Of a stretch of DNA of 64,000 bases, positions 48,332-58,394 are shown one piece after another (position 1 is the first letter of the stretch; each line of letters opens with the position of its first letter). A program made the translations under genes and the position numbers. Location of the stretch: positions 2,016 through 66,015 of the forward strand of contig JBPOIC010000009.1 of assembly GCA_052034865.1 (NCBI GenBank), given 5' to 3'. The notes beneath the pieces were generated by a model. That model ran no database searches and was not told the DNA's origin. It worked only from the letters and a program-made list of their open reading frames with translations. The DNA is from Myxococcota bacterium. Its GTDB lineage: Bacteria > UBA10199 > JADFYH01.

Positions 48332-49605
48332 GAATCAAAACCTATCTTGTAAATCATCTGGGAGAAGCGATTGAGAAGATTAAAAAGGAACTTGGCCCGC
48401 AAGCGGTCATCCTTTCCACCCGTAAAGTGGAAGGACAGGGATGGTCTCAAAAAACCTGTCGACTCGAGGTCACAGCAACACTCCCCGATGCTCCGCCGGC
48501 TTTCAGGGAAGCCCCTGTCGATGCACTTCTCGAAAAAGAGACTCAGAAAAATCCTCTGCCCGGATTTTCACAGCCCAAACCGGCTCCTTCTCCCCTCAGA
48601 CCTTTTTATGAGCGTGGTAGTTCCTGGGTGGATGCACTTTCGCATCTGGTCGCCCATCGCTTAAGCGCTCGGGCGCTGGAGGCTCTCATTGCCGCCTCCC
48701 CGGATGAAAAAATTTCTTCAGATCCTCAAACATGTCAGGCCTGGATTGCATCCTGGTTGGAAAAAAACCTGCCAGCAGTGACGCCATTTTCAATTCAGGC
48801 AAATGCCCCCAGCCATTTGGCCTTTGTTGGGCCCACCGGTTCTGGAAAAACAACGACTCTGATCAAAATTGCACACAGCCTGCTTCAGGATCTTTCTCCC
48901 TCTTCTTTTGCCATTCTTTCACTCGATTATGAAAGATTGGGCCGTCAGGAACCTTTGCGTCGTTTTGCACAACAGCATGGAATTCGGTTTCGTCTGATCC
49001 AGAGTGACCGCCAGCTCAAAGAAGCCCAAAAGGCTTTTTCCAACCTGCAAACCCTTCTGATCGATACGGAGGGCTTCTCACCTTTTGACACCCACCGGAT
49101 GCATCATCTTCAACAGATGCTTTCAGGGTTTGAGGGCCTTTATAAATCTCTCGTATTGCCGGTGAGCATGCCGCAAAACGATCTTCAGCAGATGATCGCT
49201 GCGTTTTCCACTTTGGGCCTGGACAGTCTCACCCTCACCAAGCTGGATGAAACCCTCTATTTTGGGAATCTCTTCAACGCCTCTTATGAGAGCGGTCTTC
49301 CCCTGGCCTATTTCACCACCGGGCAGAAAATTCCGGAAGATATCGAAATCTCGGGCTTTGAAAGAATTCTTTCCTGTCTGTTTCATGGGCTGGACGGTGT
49401 TGTGGATTCCAGTACCAGGCCTGCTCCCAATGTTTCAAATCCTGAGGTTCCAAAAAAGAAAGAGGAGACACCGTCTTTTCCTCTTGTGTCGACAGCAGGC
49501 TCCCCAAGCATCCCATCTCTCTCCAAAAATTTTGAGGAGCTTCCATTGTATTCGATTCTTCAGCAGGCCTGGAAATCCAGGCAAATGTATGTGGGCGGGT
49601 CTTAG
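48328..49605 (+). CDS. flhF: Flagellar biosynthesis SRP-type GTPase FlhF
   Basis: G1 FVGPTGSGKTTTLIKIA, G3 DTEG, G4 TKLDE. 425 aa. ATGA overlap with flhA. Confidence 0.8.
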   Translation: MRIKTYLVNHLGEAIEKIKKELGPQAVILSTRKVEGQGWSQKTCRLEVTATLPDAPPAFREAPVDALLEKETQKNPLPGFSQPKPAPSPLRPFYERGSSWVDALSHLVAHRLSARALEALIAASPDEKISSDPQTCQAWIASWLEKNLPAVTPFSIQANAPSHLAFVGPTGSGKTTTLIKIAHSLLQDLSPSSFAILSLDYERLGRQEPLRRFAQQHGIRFRLIQSDRQLKEAQKAFSNLQTLLIDTEGFSPFDTHRMHHLQQMLSGFEGLYKSLVLPVSMPQNDLQQMIAAFSTLGLDSLTLTKLDETLYFGNLFNASYESGLPLAYFTTGQKIPEDIEISGFERILSCLFHGLDGVVDSSTRPAPNVSNPEVPKKKEETPSFPLVSTAGSPSIPSLSKNFEELPLYSILQQAWKSRQMYVGGS

Positions 49606-49731
49606 TGACCAAACTCTTCTGTTTTCTGGAATCTGAATTTGAATGCAACGCAATGAGGCATCCCTTCGGGAGCCATCAGCAAAAGATCTTCCTCAAAGGG
49701 ATTAAAACCCTTGAGTTGAAGGAGAGGCGGT

Positions 49732-50523
49732 ATGCAAACCCTTCAGATGAAATACCACGTCGAAGTCACAAATCCAGGAGCTTCACTCAATGAATTTGAG
49801 CAGCAGAAGCTTCTTGAAAACCTTCGTTTGGTGCGAAGCACGGTGTCCCGGATCATGCACCGTCTTCCGCGTCATATCGATGCTGAAGATCTCATTCACA
49901 CCGGCATTCTGGGATTGATGGATGCAGTGAAGAAATTCAGCTGGGACCCTCAGAAGAATCACGATGAGTTTCGGGCGTACGCCGAATGTCGTATTCGGGG
50001 TCAGGTTCTGGATGAGCTTCGAAAGATGGATCTGCTTCCCCGCTCCATGCGCGAAAAGATCAATCGCTTCAAGCGTGCCTATGATGCTCTTTCCCAGAAA
50101 TTCAACCGTGATCCCACGGATGAAGAAATCTGCAAGGTACTCGATATCAGTATGGAAACCTGCCAGCGCCTGAAATCCGAACTGCACATGGGAAAGGAAG
50201 TTTCCTACAGCCCGCTGGAGGCGAGTCAGGCTTTGGAGAAATTGCTGGCCAGTACGGTGGAGGGAAAAAACCAGCGCAACCCGGAAGTGGCCATGCAGGT
50301 TCGGGAAATTCACGAGATCCTGAGTGAAGAGATCCAGAGTCTGGATGAAAAAGAGCGCAACGTTGTGAGTCTTTATTATCTGGAGGATCTGACTCTCAAG
50401 GAGATTGGCAATCTGTATTCATTAACCGAGGCCCGCGTGTCTCAAATCCACGCTGCTGCGATGGAAAAACTTTATAAAAAGATGCGTTCCCGATTGGGAA
50501 TGAAACATCTTCCACTGGAGTAA
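49732..50523 (+). CDS. fliA: Flagellar sigma factor FliA (sigma-28)
   Basis: Sigma-70 region 2 (DLIHTGILGLMDAVKKF), region 3, and region 4 HTH (LTLKEIGNLYSLTEARVSQIHAAAMEKL). 263 aa. Confidence 0.85.
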   Translation: MQTLQMKYHVEVTNPGASLNEFEQQKLLENLRLVRSTVSRIMHRLPRHIDAEDLIHTGILGLMDAVKKFSWDPQKNHDEFRAYAECRIRGQVLDELRKMDLLPRSMREKINRFKRAYDALSQKFNRDPTDEEICKVLDISMETCQRLKSELHMGKEVSYSPLEASQALEKLLASTVEGKNQRNPEVAMQVREIHEILSEEIQSLDEKERNVVSLYYLEDLTLKEIGNLYSLTEARVSQIHAAAMEKLYKKMRSRLGMKHLPLE

Positions 50524-50530
50524 AAGATTC

Positions 50531-52066
50531 ATGAAGGATTTTGCCAAAAAACGTCCCACGCTTTCGGTGTGCCTGATTGCCCGCAATGAAGAAAGGCTGC
50601 TGCCAGCCTGTCTTCAAAGTGTATCGGGCTGGGCCGAAGAAATCATTGTCGTCGATACGGGCTCGACGGATCGCACGCCACAAATCGCAAAAGAATCAGG
50701 AGCTAAGGTTTTTGCATTTGGCTGGCAGAATGATTTTGCAGCGGCACGCAATGAATCACTTTCGAAAGCCACGCAGGAATGGATTCTGGTTCTGGATGCC
50801 GATGAAGTGGTGTCTGCATCCGCAAAAGCACAGATCGATGACCTTCTGACTCATTCCAGTGCCCTGCTGTTTTATCTGATCCAGACAACGTACGCGGAAG
50901 AATCGGCCACATTTGGCTGGATTCCCAATTATCTGAAAGATCCTGAAGCGCAGGGATATGCCGGTTTTATCGAATCGCCGCTGGTACGTCTTTTCAGGAA
51001 TATTCCCCAGATCCGGTTTCAGGGACGAATTCACGAGCATGCTTTCCATGAAGATCGAAAGATTCTTCCAGCAAAAACCCCGATTCGAATTCATCATTAC
51101 GGAAAGTATATTCCCGCTCCTCTCAATGAGAAAAAAAATCTCCTCTATCTCGAACTGGGTCGAAAAAAATGTCTGGAGAATTCGAAAGATGCCCATGCCT
51201 TTTACGAACTGGGAGTTCAATGCTGGAGCATGGAGCGGATGCAGGAAGCCAAAGAGAGTCTGGAGCAGGCGCTTAAGATCGATCCGAAATATTCCAAATG
51301 TCTTATCGCGATGGCGATCGTATTGACGGTTGAAAAAAAATATCAGGAAGCGATTGGGATGTATGCACGGCTTCTCGAAATAGAGCCGCAGAATATACTT
51401 CCTTATCTCTATCTGCCGCCTCTCCTGATGGAAATCGGCAATCTCTCTCTAGCGGAAGAGATTCTGAAAGCAGGCGAATTCCATGCGGCGTTTCATCCCT
51501 GTTTTCATATCAATCAGGGTGTCGTGAGAAAGCAGATGGGAAATTTTAGAGGTGCGATTGCTTCTTTTAATGAAGCCTTAAGACTCAATCCCAACGAATC
51601 ACTGGCGTGGCTCAATCAGGGAATGGCGTGGATGGATCTTCGTGAATGGGATCTGGCAAAAGAATCGCTGGATAAGGCCAGAACTTTTTCAAGACAGCGT
51701 TTGCTGGCCACCGAGAAACTCGCGGAATGGCATTTTTTGCAGAAGGGGTCGGATCCGTCTCATCTGGAAAAAGGTCTGGAGTGTCTCAAGGAGGTCTATC
51801 GTGAAATTCCAAAAGATGCCTCGAATCTTCTGAATATGGGAATTTTTTTGATTCAGCTTAAACGAAAAGAGGAAGCTCGAAGCTATCTCAATCAGATTCA
51901 TTCTCTGGAAGGATTGAAATCAGAAGAGAAAGAAAGACTTTATTTTTGTGCTACAGCCACAGGAGCAGAAAAGGTTTTGCCCCTGTTGGGACCCTGGGAA
52001 AAGCCGCAGAAAACAGTTGCCGTCAAAGAAAAGGAGCCAGTTCATGTCTCAACTTACATCGCCTGA
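50531..52066 (+). CDS. Family-2 glycosyltransferase fused to TPR repeats
   Basis: GT2 N-terminal domain (LSVCLIARNEERLLPACLQS...IIVVDTGSTDRT...LVLDADEVV) followed by a TPR array. Starts 8 nt after fliA. Confidence 0.7.
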   Translation: MKDFAKKRPTLSVCLIARNEERLLPACLQSVSGWAEEIIVVDTGSTDRTPQIAKESGAKVFAFGWQNDFAAARNESLSKATQEWILVLDADEVVSASAKAQIDDLLTHSSALLFYLIQTTYAEESATFGWIPNYLKDPEAQGYAGFIESPLVRLFRNIPQIRFQGRIHEHAFHEDRKILPAKTPIRIHHYGKYIPAPLNEKKNLLYLELGRKKCLENSKDAHAFYELGVQCWSMERMQEAKESLEQALKIDPKYSKCLIAMAIVLTVEKKYQEAIGMYARLLEIEPQNILPYLYLPPLLMEIGNLSLAEEILKAGEFHAAFHPCFHINQGVVRKQMGNFRGAIASFNEALRLNPNESLAWLNQGMAWMDLREWDLAKESLDKARTFSRQRLLATEKLAEWHFLQKGSDPSHLEKGLECLKEVYREIPKDASNLLNMGIFLIQLKRKEEARSYLNQIHSLEGLKSEEKERLYFCATATGAEKVLPLLGPWEKPQKTVAVKEKEPVHVSTYIA

Positions 52067-52955
52067 GGATCAATTCAATCCAGCCGTTTATGGGTTTAAA
52101 AAAATATTCATTACCGATACCGCACCGGAAGTCTGGAGGGAAAAGCGAGTCGCCGACGGAAAGAAAATTGGCGTCTGGAATGGAGGATTCAAAATCCATT
52201 TCAATCCTCTCAATCTTCAGCCAAAGGATTTTGCTGCCTTGGGAATAGAAGAGACGGAAAATCTATTTTCTCCTCATTCTTTAAAATTAAATAATCCCTG
52301 GGAAGCCATGGAGCTTTTCATGGAAGGACCGCTCGATGAATTTCAGATCGCAAATTACTTTATCGAATTTCCGGTCGCCGCGAGAGGACTGCTTTCCTAC
52401 ATTCGCCTCGCTGCTAAGGCCCAGGAAGGATCGCTTCCTTTGCCCACATCCTGTCCTGAAACCCTGGAAGCTTCCGAATCCAATCCTTTCTTATGGAATC
52501 TGACAGGTAAATGTCTGGCTATTTGCGGGAAAGTTTCAGAAGCAGGGAAGATTTTTGAGAAAATTGCCGAGCGGTATCCCGAATTCAGTGAGTCCTACGG
52601 AAATCTGGGGGCCCTGCTCTGGAAGTTTGGCAAGCGGCGTGAGGCCTTCGTGATGTTTACGGAATCTCTGGGCCGCAATCCTTTCAGCAGCTCGGCGCAA
52701 CTTAACTTTTTTGAGGCAGGGCGTGAGCTTCAGGAATTCTCCGCGATGACGACCGTTCTTCAGAAAATCATTCATCAGTATCCTTATTGCCTGGATCTCT
52801 ATTCATTGCTGGCAGTCTGCTTCTATCAGATTCGTGAAGTGGAGAGGGCCAAATCGGTTTTAAATGATCTGCTTCGGGAGTCCCCGGAAGATTCCGAAGG
52901 GAAACTTCTGCTTCATCGCATCACCCAGTCTGCAGAATGGAGAGCGCTTCTATGA
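52044..52955 (+). CDS. Hypothetical protein with a TPR-like C-terminal region
   Basis: Internal ATG with an upstream AGGAG. About 303 aa. No catalytic motif recognised. Confidence 0.4.
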   Translation: MSQLTSPEDQFNPAVYGFKKIFITDTAPEVWREKRVADGKKIGVWNGGFKIHFNPLNLQPKDFAALGIEETENLFSPHSLKLNNPWEAMELFMEGPLDEFQIANYFIEFPVAARGLLSYIRLAAKAQEGSLPLPTSCPETLEASESNPFLWNLTGKCLAICGKVSEAGKIFEKIAERYPEFSESYGNLGALLWKFGKRREAFVMFTESLGRNPFSSSAQLNFFEAGRELQEFSAMTTVLQKIIHQYPYCLDLYSLLAVCFYQIREVERAKSVLNDLLRESPEDSEGKLLLHRITQSAEWRALL

Positions 52956-54883
52956 CTTCATTCTTCGAAGAGAATCTGGCCACTCTTATCGAAACTTTTC
53001 CATCGCTCGGGATGAAGGTTCAGCAGGTGGATGCGGGAACGTATCCACTGGTTCATATCAAGGAAAACAACTCCTGGGACCTTTTGCATGACGGAAAATT
53101 TCTCTACGGGAAAAACGCTCCTGGTTTTATCCGCAGTGAAATGGATGCGGTGAATCTCAGTTTCCCAAAGCTCGTAATTTTTTACAGTACAGGACTGGGG
53201 TATACGGTTCAGGAATTTTTCAGGAACCACGCAACGCATTCGGAGAAAATCTTCATCATTGAAAAGTCCATTGTCCTTTTCAGAAGATCGCTTGAGATTT
53301 TCGATTGGCGTCCCATTTTGAAAGATTCCAGGGTTTGTCTTCTGGTGGGGCTGACCTTGCCTCAGCTGAAAGAAGAACTATTGAAACAGACCTATGCGTC
53401 AGAAGTCATAGTCAACATCAAGACCCTCACGCCCATTTGTGATTCCAAAGCGATGGAATTGGAGGAGGGATCTTACTATCAGTCGGCCGCAGAGCTTTTC
53501 AAACAGGCTGTGGCCTTTTCAGAAAGCCTGCCACGAGGACACCCGGAAGACTCCTATCAGGGGTTCATGAATACCGTACGCAATTTGCCGAATGCCCAAG
53601 GGGTCCCGCATTTTGAATCCTGCACACATCTGTTTGCCGGTTTTCCGGGGATTGTCGTTTCAACAGGTCCTTCTCTGGATCGTGCACTCCCTTTCTTAAA
53701 GGAAGTAAAAGACCGCGCGGTGATTGCCTGCGCCGATTCCAACCTTAAAATACTTCTGAAGAACGGCATTCTTCCTCATTTGACTGGGTGCGTGGAGCGT
53801 GTTCCGGAAACACGACATTTTTTCGATCAGATTCCTTCCATGAAAAAAACCTGGATGGTGACCAACCCGCTGATTTGGCCGGGGAGTTATGAAAGTTATC
53901 CTGGACCCAAAATCCATTTAATGAAGGCCATTTCCCAAATTCAGTGGTTTTGGCCCGAAGCGCCCTATTATCGAACTGGCCATTCGGTGGCTCATAATCT
54001 TTTCATGATTCTCAGACTCATGGGTTGTTCCCCCATACTTTTTGTTGGGCAGGATTTGGCTTTCGATCGTTTTTCAGTGCGCAGTCATGCGGATGGAGTT
54101 CCGGAGATCATCTCGAAAATTGGAAAGAAAGATTATGAAGACTGTGAGAGCGAGGTAAAAAAAGGAGAAAAGAAAAAAAATTATCTCGCCGAAGGAAATA
54201 ATGGAGAGCCCATCCTTACGACCGAGGCCTGGAATCAGTTCCGCACTCACTTCGGCCTGATCATTCAGGCGGAAAATGTGCCCTGCTACAATCTGATTTA
54301 TCCGGAATACGGAGCCAGAATAGAAAACATGACACGGCTGGATCCTCCGGAGCTGATTCGATTTTTGGGTGAATCGCGTCCTGTTGCTGAAATCATTCAG
54401 AAGGAATTTTCCTCCAGACCTGTGCTTAATCCTGCCGAATATCAAAAGAAAATGGGAGAAAGGATTTCGAAGGCCATCGATTATCTCGAGCGCTACCAAC
54501 AGATTACCCTCGAGGTTCTGGATTCTGTCAGCTGGTTTCGGCATGAAAATGAAATCTTTGAATCGGGGCCCAGACTCTACCAACCCCTGCTTAATCGTCT
54601 TGAAAAAATCGTAAATGAAATTGAAGAGAACTTTTCTACTTCAGATTCAGATGATTTTTATGGCCACTTCCTTTTGGCACAGGTCCAGCATCGAACTACC
54701 GAGATCAATCAGCTCGCCCTCGGTTTCCTCAAACTCAATCCCGATTCCAAACAGCGTCTTTATGGCCAGCTAAACTGTGTCAATGAATGGTTCAGTGTGG
54801 TGTTCTATTGGGCTTCCCGAATGAAAAATTTTCTGGAGCGCTCATTCATCCGGGCATCTGATCCTTCGATTTTAAATTCATGA
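52952..54883 (+). CDS. maf: Motility accessory factor Maf (DUF115/MptE-like; putative flagellin nonulosonic-acid transferase), paralog 1
   Basis: Central DUF115-like core (FAGFPGIVVSTGPSLDRALPFLKEVKDRAVIACADSNLKILLKNGILPHLTGCVER) and a large helical C-terminal region. About 640 aa. Confidence 0.6.
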   Translation: MTSFFEENLATLIETFPSLGMKVQQVDAGTYPLVHIKENNSWDLLHDGKFLYGKNAPGFIRSEMDAVNLSFPKLVIFYSTGLGYTVQEFFRNHATHSEKIFIIEKSIVLFRRSLEIFDWRPILKDSRVCLLVGLTLPQLKEELLKQTYASEVIVNIKTLTPICDSKAMELEEGSYYQSAAELFKQAVAFSESLPRGHPEDSYQGFMNTVRNLPNAQGVPHFESCTHLFAGFPGIVVSTGPSLDRALPFLKEVKDRAVIACADSNLKILLKNGILPHLTGCVERVPETRHFFDQIPSMKKTWMVTNPLIWPGSYESYPGPKIHLMKAISQIQWFWPEAPYYRTGHSVAHNLFMILRLMGCSPILFVGQDLAFDRFSVRSHADGVPEIISKIGKKDYEDCESEVKKGEKKKNYLAEGNNGEPILTTEAWNQFRTHFGLIIQAENVPCYNLIYPEYGARIENMTRLDPPELIRFLGESRPVAEIIQKEFSSRPVLNPAEYQKKMGERISKAIDYLERYQQITLEVLDSVSWFRHENEIFESGPRLYQPLLNRLEKIVNEIEENFSTSDSDDFYGHFLLAQVQHRTTEINQLALGFLKLNPDSKQRLYGQLNCVNEWFSVVFYWASRMKNFLERSFIRASDPSILNS

Positions 54884-55033
54884 AGAAACTTCTGAAGAAT
54901 TCCCATGGGCTAATACTCACTTAAACCACTGTCTGAGACCTCGCTGGAAGACTTCTTGCGATAAGCCCTTACGATTGGTTCTCGCGAGTCTCTTAGCTTG
55001 AGAGAGATCTCTTAAAAAAATGAATCGAGAAAG

Positions 55034-56923
55034 ATGCCCATGACTGATTTTCTCACCCAAAATCTTCAGGTTCTTGGGGCCCGTCAACCCGCTTTGGCTG
55101 AGAAAATAGCGCAGGCCGAAGATGCTTCCGTTCAGTTGCTGGAAAATCAGGGGCCACTTCCTGATCTGAAAATCTACGGGACAGGATTTTATGGAGAGAC
55201 ACCAGAAGTTGCTGTTGAAAAATTCTGGAAGGATCAGAAACTTTCAGGCGAGCGGCTTCTCATCTTCTACGGTTTCGGGCTGGGTTATCCCCTTAAATAT
55301 TTTCTGAAATATCTGCGCAAACCCCTCCAGGAAGTGCTCATCATTGAACGATCTGCTGCGGCTGTACGTCTGGCATTCAGTCTTCAGGATTGGAAAGAGG
55401 AATTGCAGGATGTGCGGATTGAATGGTGGATTGGAGAAGATCCAGAACGATCAAAAAATGGATTTCATCATTATTATAATGACTCCCACCGTTTTCTATA
55501 TTGCCGAAGTCAGCAGAGTATTTCGTGGCTTCCTGCACTCAAGGTCGATGGAAAATATTATCTCGAGATGGCTCAGGCCCTGGCAGATGCGAGTGCTTAT
55601 CTGCTACGAACCCAGGGTGCAGATCCCGAAGATTATTTTCGCGGTACGCTCAACTTTGTGGATAATCTTCCCAGGCTGAAACTGACACCGCTTCTCAACC
55701 AATTTCAGAATATTGCCCATGGTCTTCCGGGAATTATCGTATCCACTGGGCCTTCGCTCAATGCATCGCTTCCCATTCTGCGTGAAATTCAGGATCGCGC
55801 GGTGATTTATTCGGCGGACAGTGCCCTGCAGCTTCTGGTGGAATCGGGAATTCATCCTCATTTTGCAGGAACCCTGGAAAGAGTTTATCTGACCGAAAGA
55901 TTTTTCAGAAATCTTCCGGATCTTCCGGATACCTATCTTGTTGCACCCCCGCTGGTTTACCCCAAAACTCTTAAAACCTATCGTGGCCCCCAGCTATTCC
56001 TGCATTCGCCCGGTTTTCCGTGTGATGCGATTTTGGGTCGTGCTCCGAGCCAGTTTCTGGGGCCTTCGGTGGCGACGATGGGATTTCAGGTTTTAAATCT
56101 TTTGGGGTGTAATCCCATAATCCTGGTGGGTCAGGACCTTGCTTACGAGAGGGCTTCAGGAAGGTCACATGCGAAGGGCGCCCATCCTGAGCTGGAGGTA
56201 ACGCTTCAAAATTCGCCGGAAGTGCCTTCCGTTCATGAAATCGAGGTGGAAGGCAACAATGGCGCCCCGATTCGCACGACATCGACTTTTCAGTATTTTG
56301 CACAAACTTTCGAAATGCTTATTCAGAGCTCAGGCAAAACCTGCCTGAACGCCATTGCTTTAGAGTATGGGATGAAAATTCCCGGGACTCAACGGATTGA
56401 GCCTTCTGCACTGGCAGAGTTTGTTTCACCAAAACCGGTTTTGATCGCGTCGCAAATGAAGGAGCGTTTTAAAACCTGTCTTCAACAGGATTCCAGCGCG
56501 TGGATAGAAACAATTCAGGGTCAGATCAAACGCTACGAGTCCTACCTAACAGGGCTTTGCACTCAAGCGACTGCAATGCTCGAAGACTGGGCCCGATTTT
56601 TTCATGAGCATCAATCCGATCCGATTGATGAGAAACTGAGATCTCTCTATCTGGAAAAAATCGATGCATTTTACGAACAGGTTCAGCAGATGACCCATCA
56701 AAACCCGGAGTTTTTTTATTTTTTCTATCCTCACATTCTGCCGAAACATCTTTGGGTCTCCATGCGCTACCATGAGTTGCGCGATCAGAAGGGAAGCTTT
56801 GATTCCCAGCTCATGCCTCTTTATTATTTATGGAAAGACTGGGCCCAGGAGGTAGTGCTCTGGACTTCTCGAGTCAGCTTCCTCTTCCAGAAGGTGGAAG
56901 GGAGGGATGCATGCCCAGGATGA
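55034..56923 (+). CDS. maf: Motility accessory factor Maf, paralog 2
   Basis: Same core (AHGLPGIIVSTGPSLNASLPILREIQDRAVIYSADSALQLLVESGIHPHFAGTLER). Overall collinear with paralog 1. 629 aa. Confidence 0.6.
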   Translation: MPMTDFLTQNLQVLGARQPALAEKIAQAEDASVQLLENQGPLPDLKIYGTGFYGETPEVAVEKFWKDQKLSGERLLIFYGFGLGYPLKYFLKYLRKPLQEVLIIERSAAAVRLAFSLQDWKEELQDVRIEWWIGEDPERSKNGFHHYYNDSHRFLYCRSQQSISWLPALKVDGKYYLEMAQALADASAYLLRTQGADPEDYFRGTLNFVDNLPRLKLTPLLNQFQNIAHGLPGIIVSTGPSLNASLPILREIQDRAVIYSADSALQLLVESGIHPHFAGTLERVYLTERFFRNLPDLPDTYLVAPPLVYPKTLKTYRGPQLFLHSPGFPCDAILGRAPSQFLGPSVATMGFQVLNLLGCNPIILVGQDLAYERASGRSHAKGAHPELEVTLQNSPEVPSVHEIEVEGNNGAPIRTTSTFQYFAQTFEMLIQSSGKTCLNAIALEYGMKIPGTQRIEPSALAEFVSPKPVLIASQMKERFKTCLQQDSSAWIETIQGQIKRYESYLTGLCTQATAMLEDWARFFHEHQSDPIDEKLRSLYLEKIDAFYEQVQQMTHQNPEFFYFFYPHILPKHLWVSMRYHELRDQKGSFDSQLMPLYYLWKDWAQEVVLWTSRVSFLFQKVEGRDACPG

Positions 56924-58182
56924 AGTGGGTTTTTTATCATCGGGGTGTGGAGTGCGATGGAAATTCTCCCTGGGAAAAACCGCTCGGTGGAACAGAATCT
57001 GCGCTGATATTGATGGCACGGGCTTTGGCGGTTCTCGATCAGGATGTTCATGTCTTTACCGAAACCCGACATCCGGGAATTTATACAGGGGTCGAATACC
57101 ATCGCTGGGAAGATTTTGAGCGCTTTGCACATTTTCACCCAATCGATATCTTTATTGGCATTCGCCAGCTACTGCCTTTTCTGGCCCGTCGCTTTGGCCG
57201 CATGCAGATCTATTTTTCTCCCGATGCCTGGGATCAGCCATTTTTGCATGAGGCCTTTCAGTTCCAGACCTGCATCGAAAATCAGAATTACCAAATCAGA
57301 CTCTATCCCCTCCATCAGCTTTTAAGCACCATCGATAGGGTTTTCTGTGTCGGACACTGGCAGGCGGAGACGTTTGTCACTCATCTGAAAATTCCACGCG
57401 AAAAAATTTATGTGACAGCGAATGGTGTCCATCTTGAGGATTTTCATCCACTCCCGCTTAAAAATCGCAAACGCCAGCTGGTGTATTCCTCCACGCCGTT
57501 TCGCGGTCTGGAATATCTGCTCAAATATTTTCCGCACGTACGCTCACAAGTCCCGGAAGCTCAGTGTGTGGTGCTTAGCGGGATGCAGCTTTACGGATTG
57601 AGTCGTGATGAAGATCAGGAAAAATTTGCTTCAATTTATCAACTTGCTCAGCAGCCCGGAGTGATTCTTTCGACCCCCCTTGCCAAAAAGGAAATGGCAC
57701 GTGTGCTTAGCGAAAGCCGCGTTTTGGCCTATCCGAACACCTTTCCGGAAACTTTCTGTATCGCCGCGCTGGAGGCCCAGGCGGCGGGGCTTCCGATCGT
57801 CACGACCGAGAGTGGGGCTCTTTGCGAGCGGGTTCATGAAGGGGAAGATGGCTATTTGATTTCAGGTCATCCGTCTCAATCTGCCTATGCCGAGCGCTGG
57901 ATAGAGAAAGTCATTCGTCTTCTCACCGAGGATGCCGAGTGGGAATCGATGAGTGAGAAGGCTTTGATTCAGGCAAAAAATTTCTCCTACCTAAAGCTGG
58001 CAGCGCAGTGGATTGAGTATTGTCAGGACTTTCTGAATTCAAATCCTCAAGGCATTCCCACCTCTTTTCAAATTCAGGATTTAAAGATTCAATTGCCATC
58101 CTCTTCATCTTCTCTTCATACGATTTCTAAAGAAATCCTTAAAACCCTTGTCCAGCAGGCATTGAGTCAGGCGCGCTGGTAG
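56920..58182 (+). CDS. Family-1 (GT4-type) glycosyltransferase
   Basis: GT-B C-terminal motif (VLAYPNTFPETFCIAALEAQAAGLPIVTTESGALCERV...DGYLI). Start at the ATG overlapping the maf2 stop (ATGA). Confidence 0.7.
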   Translation: MKWVFYHRGVECDGNSPWEKPLGGTESALILMARALAVLDQDVHVFTETRHPGIYTGVEYHRWEDFERFAHFHPIDIFIGIRQLLPFLARRFGRMQIYFSPDAWDQPFLHEAFQFQTCIENQNYQIRLYPLHQLLSTIDRVFCVGHWQAETFVTHLKIPREKIYVTANGVHLEDFHPLPLKNRKRQLVYSSTPFRGLEYLLKYFPHVRSQVPEAQCVVLSGMQLYGLSRDEDQEKFASIYQLAQQPGVILSTPLAKKEMARVLSESRVLAYPNTFPETFCIAALEAQAAGLPIVTTESGALCERVHEGEDGYLISGHPSQSAYAERWIEKVIRLLTEDAEWESMSEKALIQAKNFSYLKLAAQWIEYCQDFLNSNPQGIPTSFQIQDLKIQLPSSSSSLHTISKEILKTLVQQALSQARW

Positions 58183-58228
58183 GGGGATGGGGAAGAAGAG
58201 ACAGGGGGAAAGAAGATAAAATTCAGAA

Positions 58229-58368
58229 GGACGACAATTTCGTTTTTGCGAGCGGAACGTCTTGTCGTTTTGTAGGGGCGAGGCTTGCCTCGCCCTTTCG
58301 AATTCAAAAGTCGGGGCGTATTGCAATACGCCCCTACGACAGGGCAATGACGACAATTTCGTATTTGT
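58229..58368. repeat. Structured intergenic element: two GC-rich perfect hairpins flanked by a 19-nt direct repeat
   Basis: GACGACAATTTCGT(T/A)TTTG at 58230-58248 and 58349-58367. Hairpins GGGCGAGGC-tt-GCCTCGCCC (58276-58295) and GGGGCGTATTG/CAATACGCCCC (58313-58334). Located between the convergent GT4 and sod genes. Confidence 0.4.
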
Positions 58369-58394
58369 GTTTCATTACACGAAAAACTTCTTTT

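Noticed and set aside
49606-49731. Possible missing flhG between flhF and fliA (looked for a small MinD-like ORF or frameshifted remnant)
   Set aside because: The gap is only 126 nt with no Walker-A-encoding remnant in any frame; flhG is absent here, not pseudogenised.
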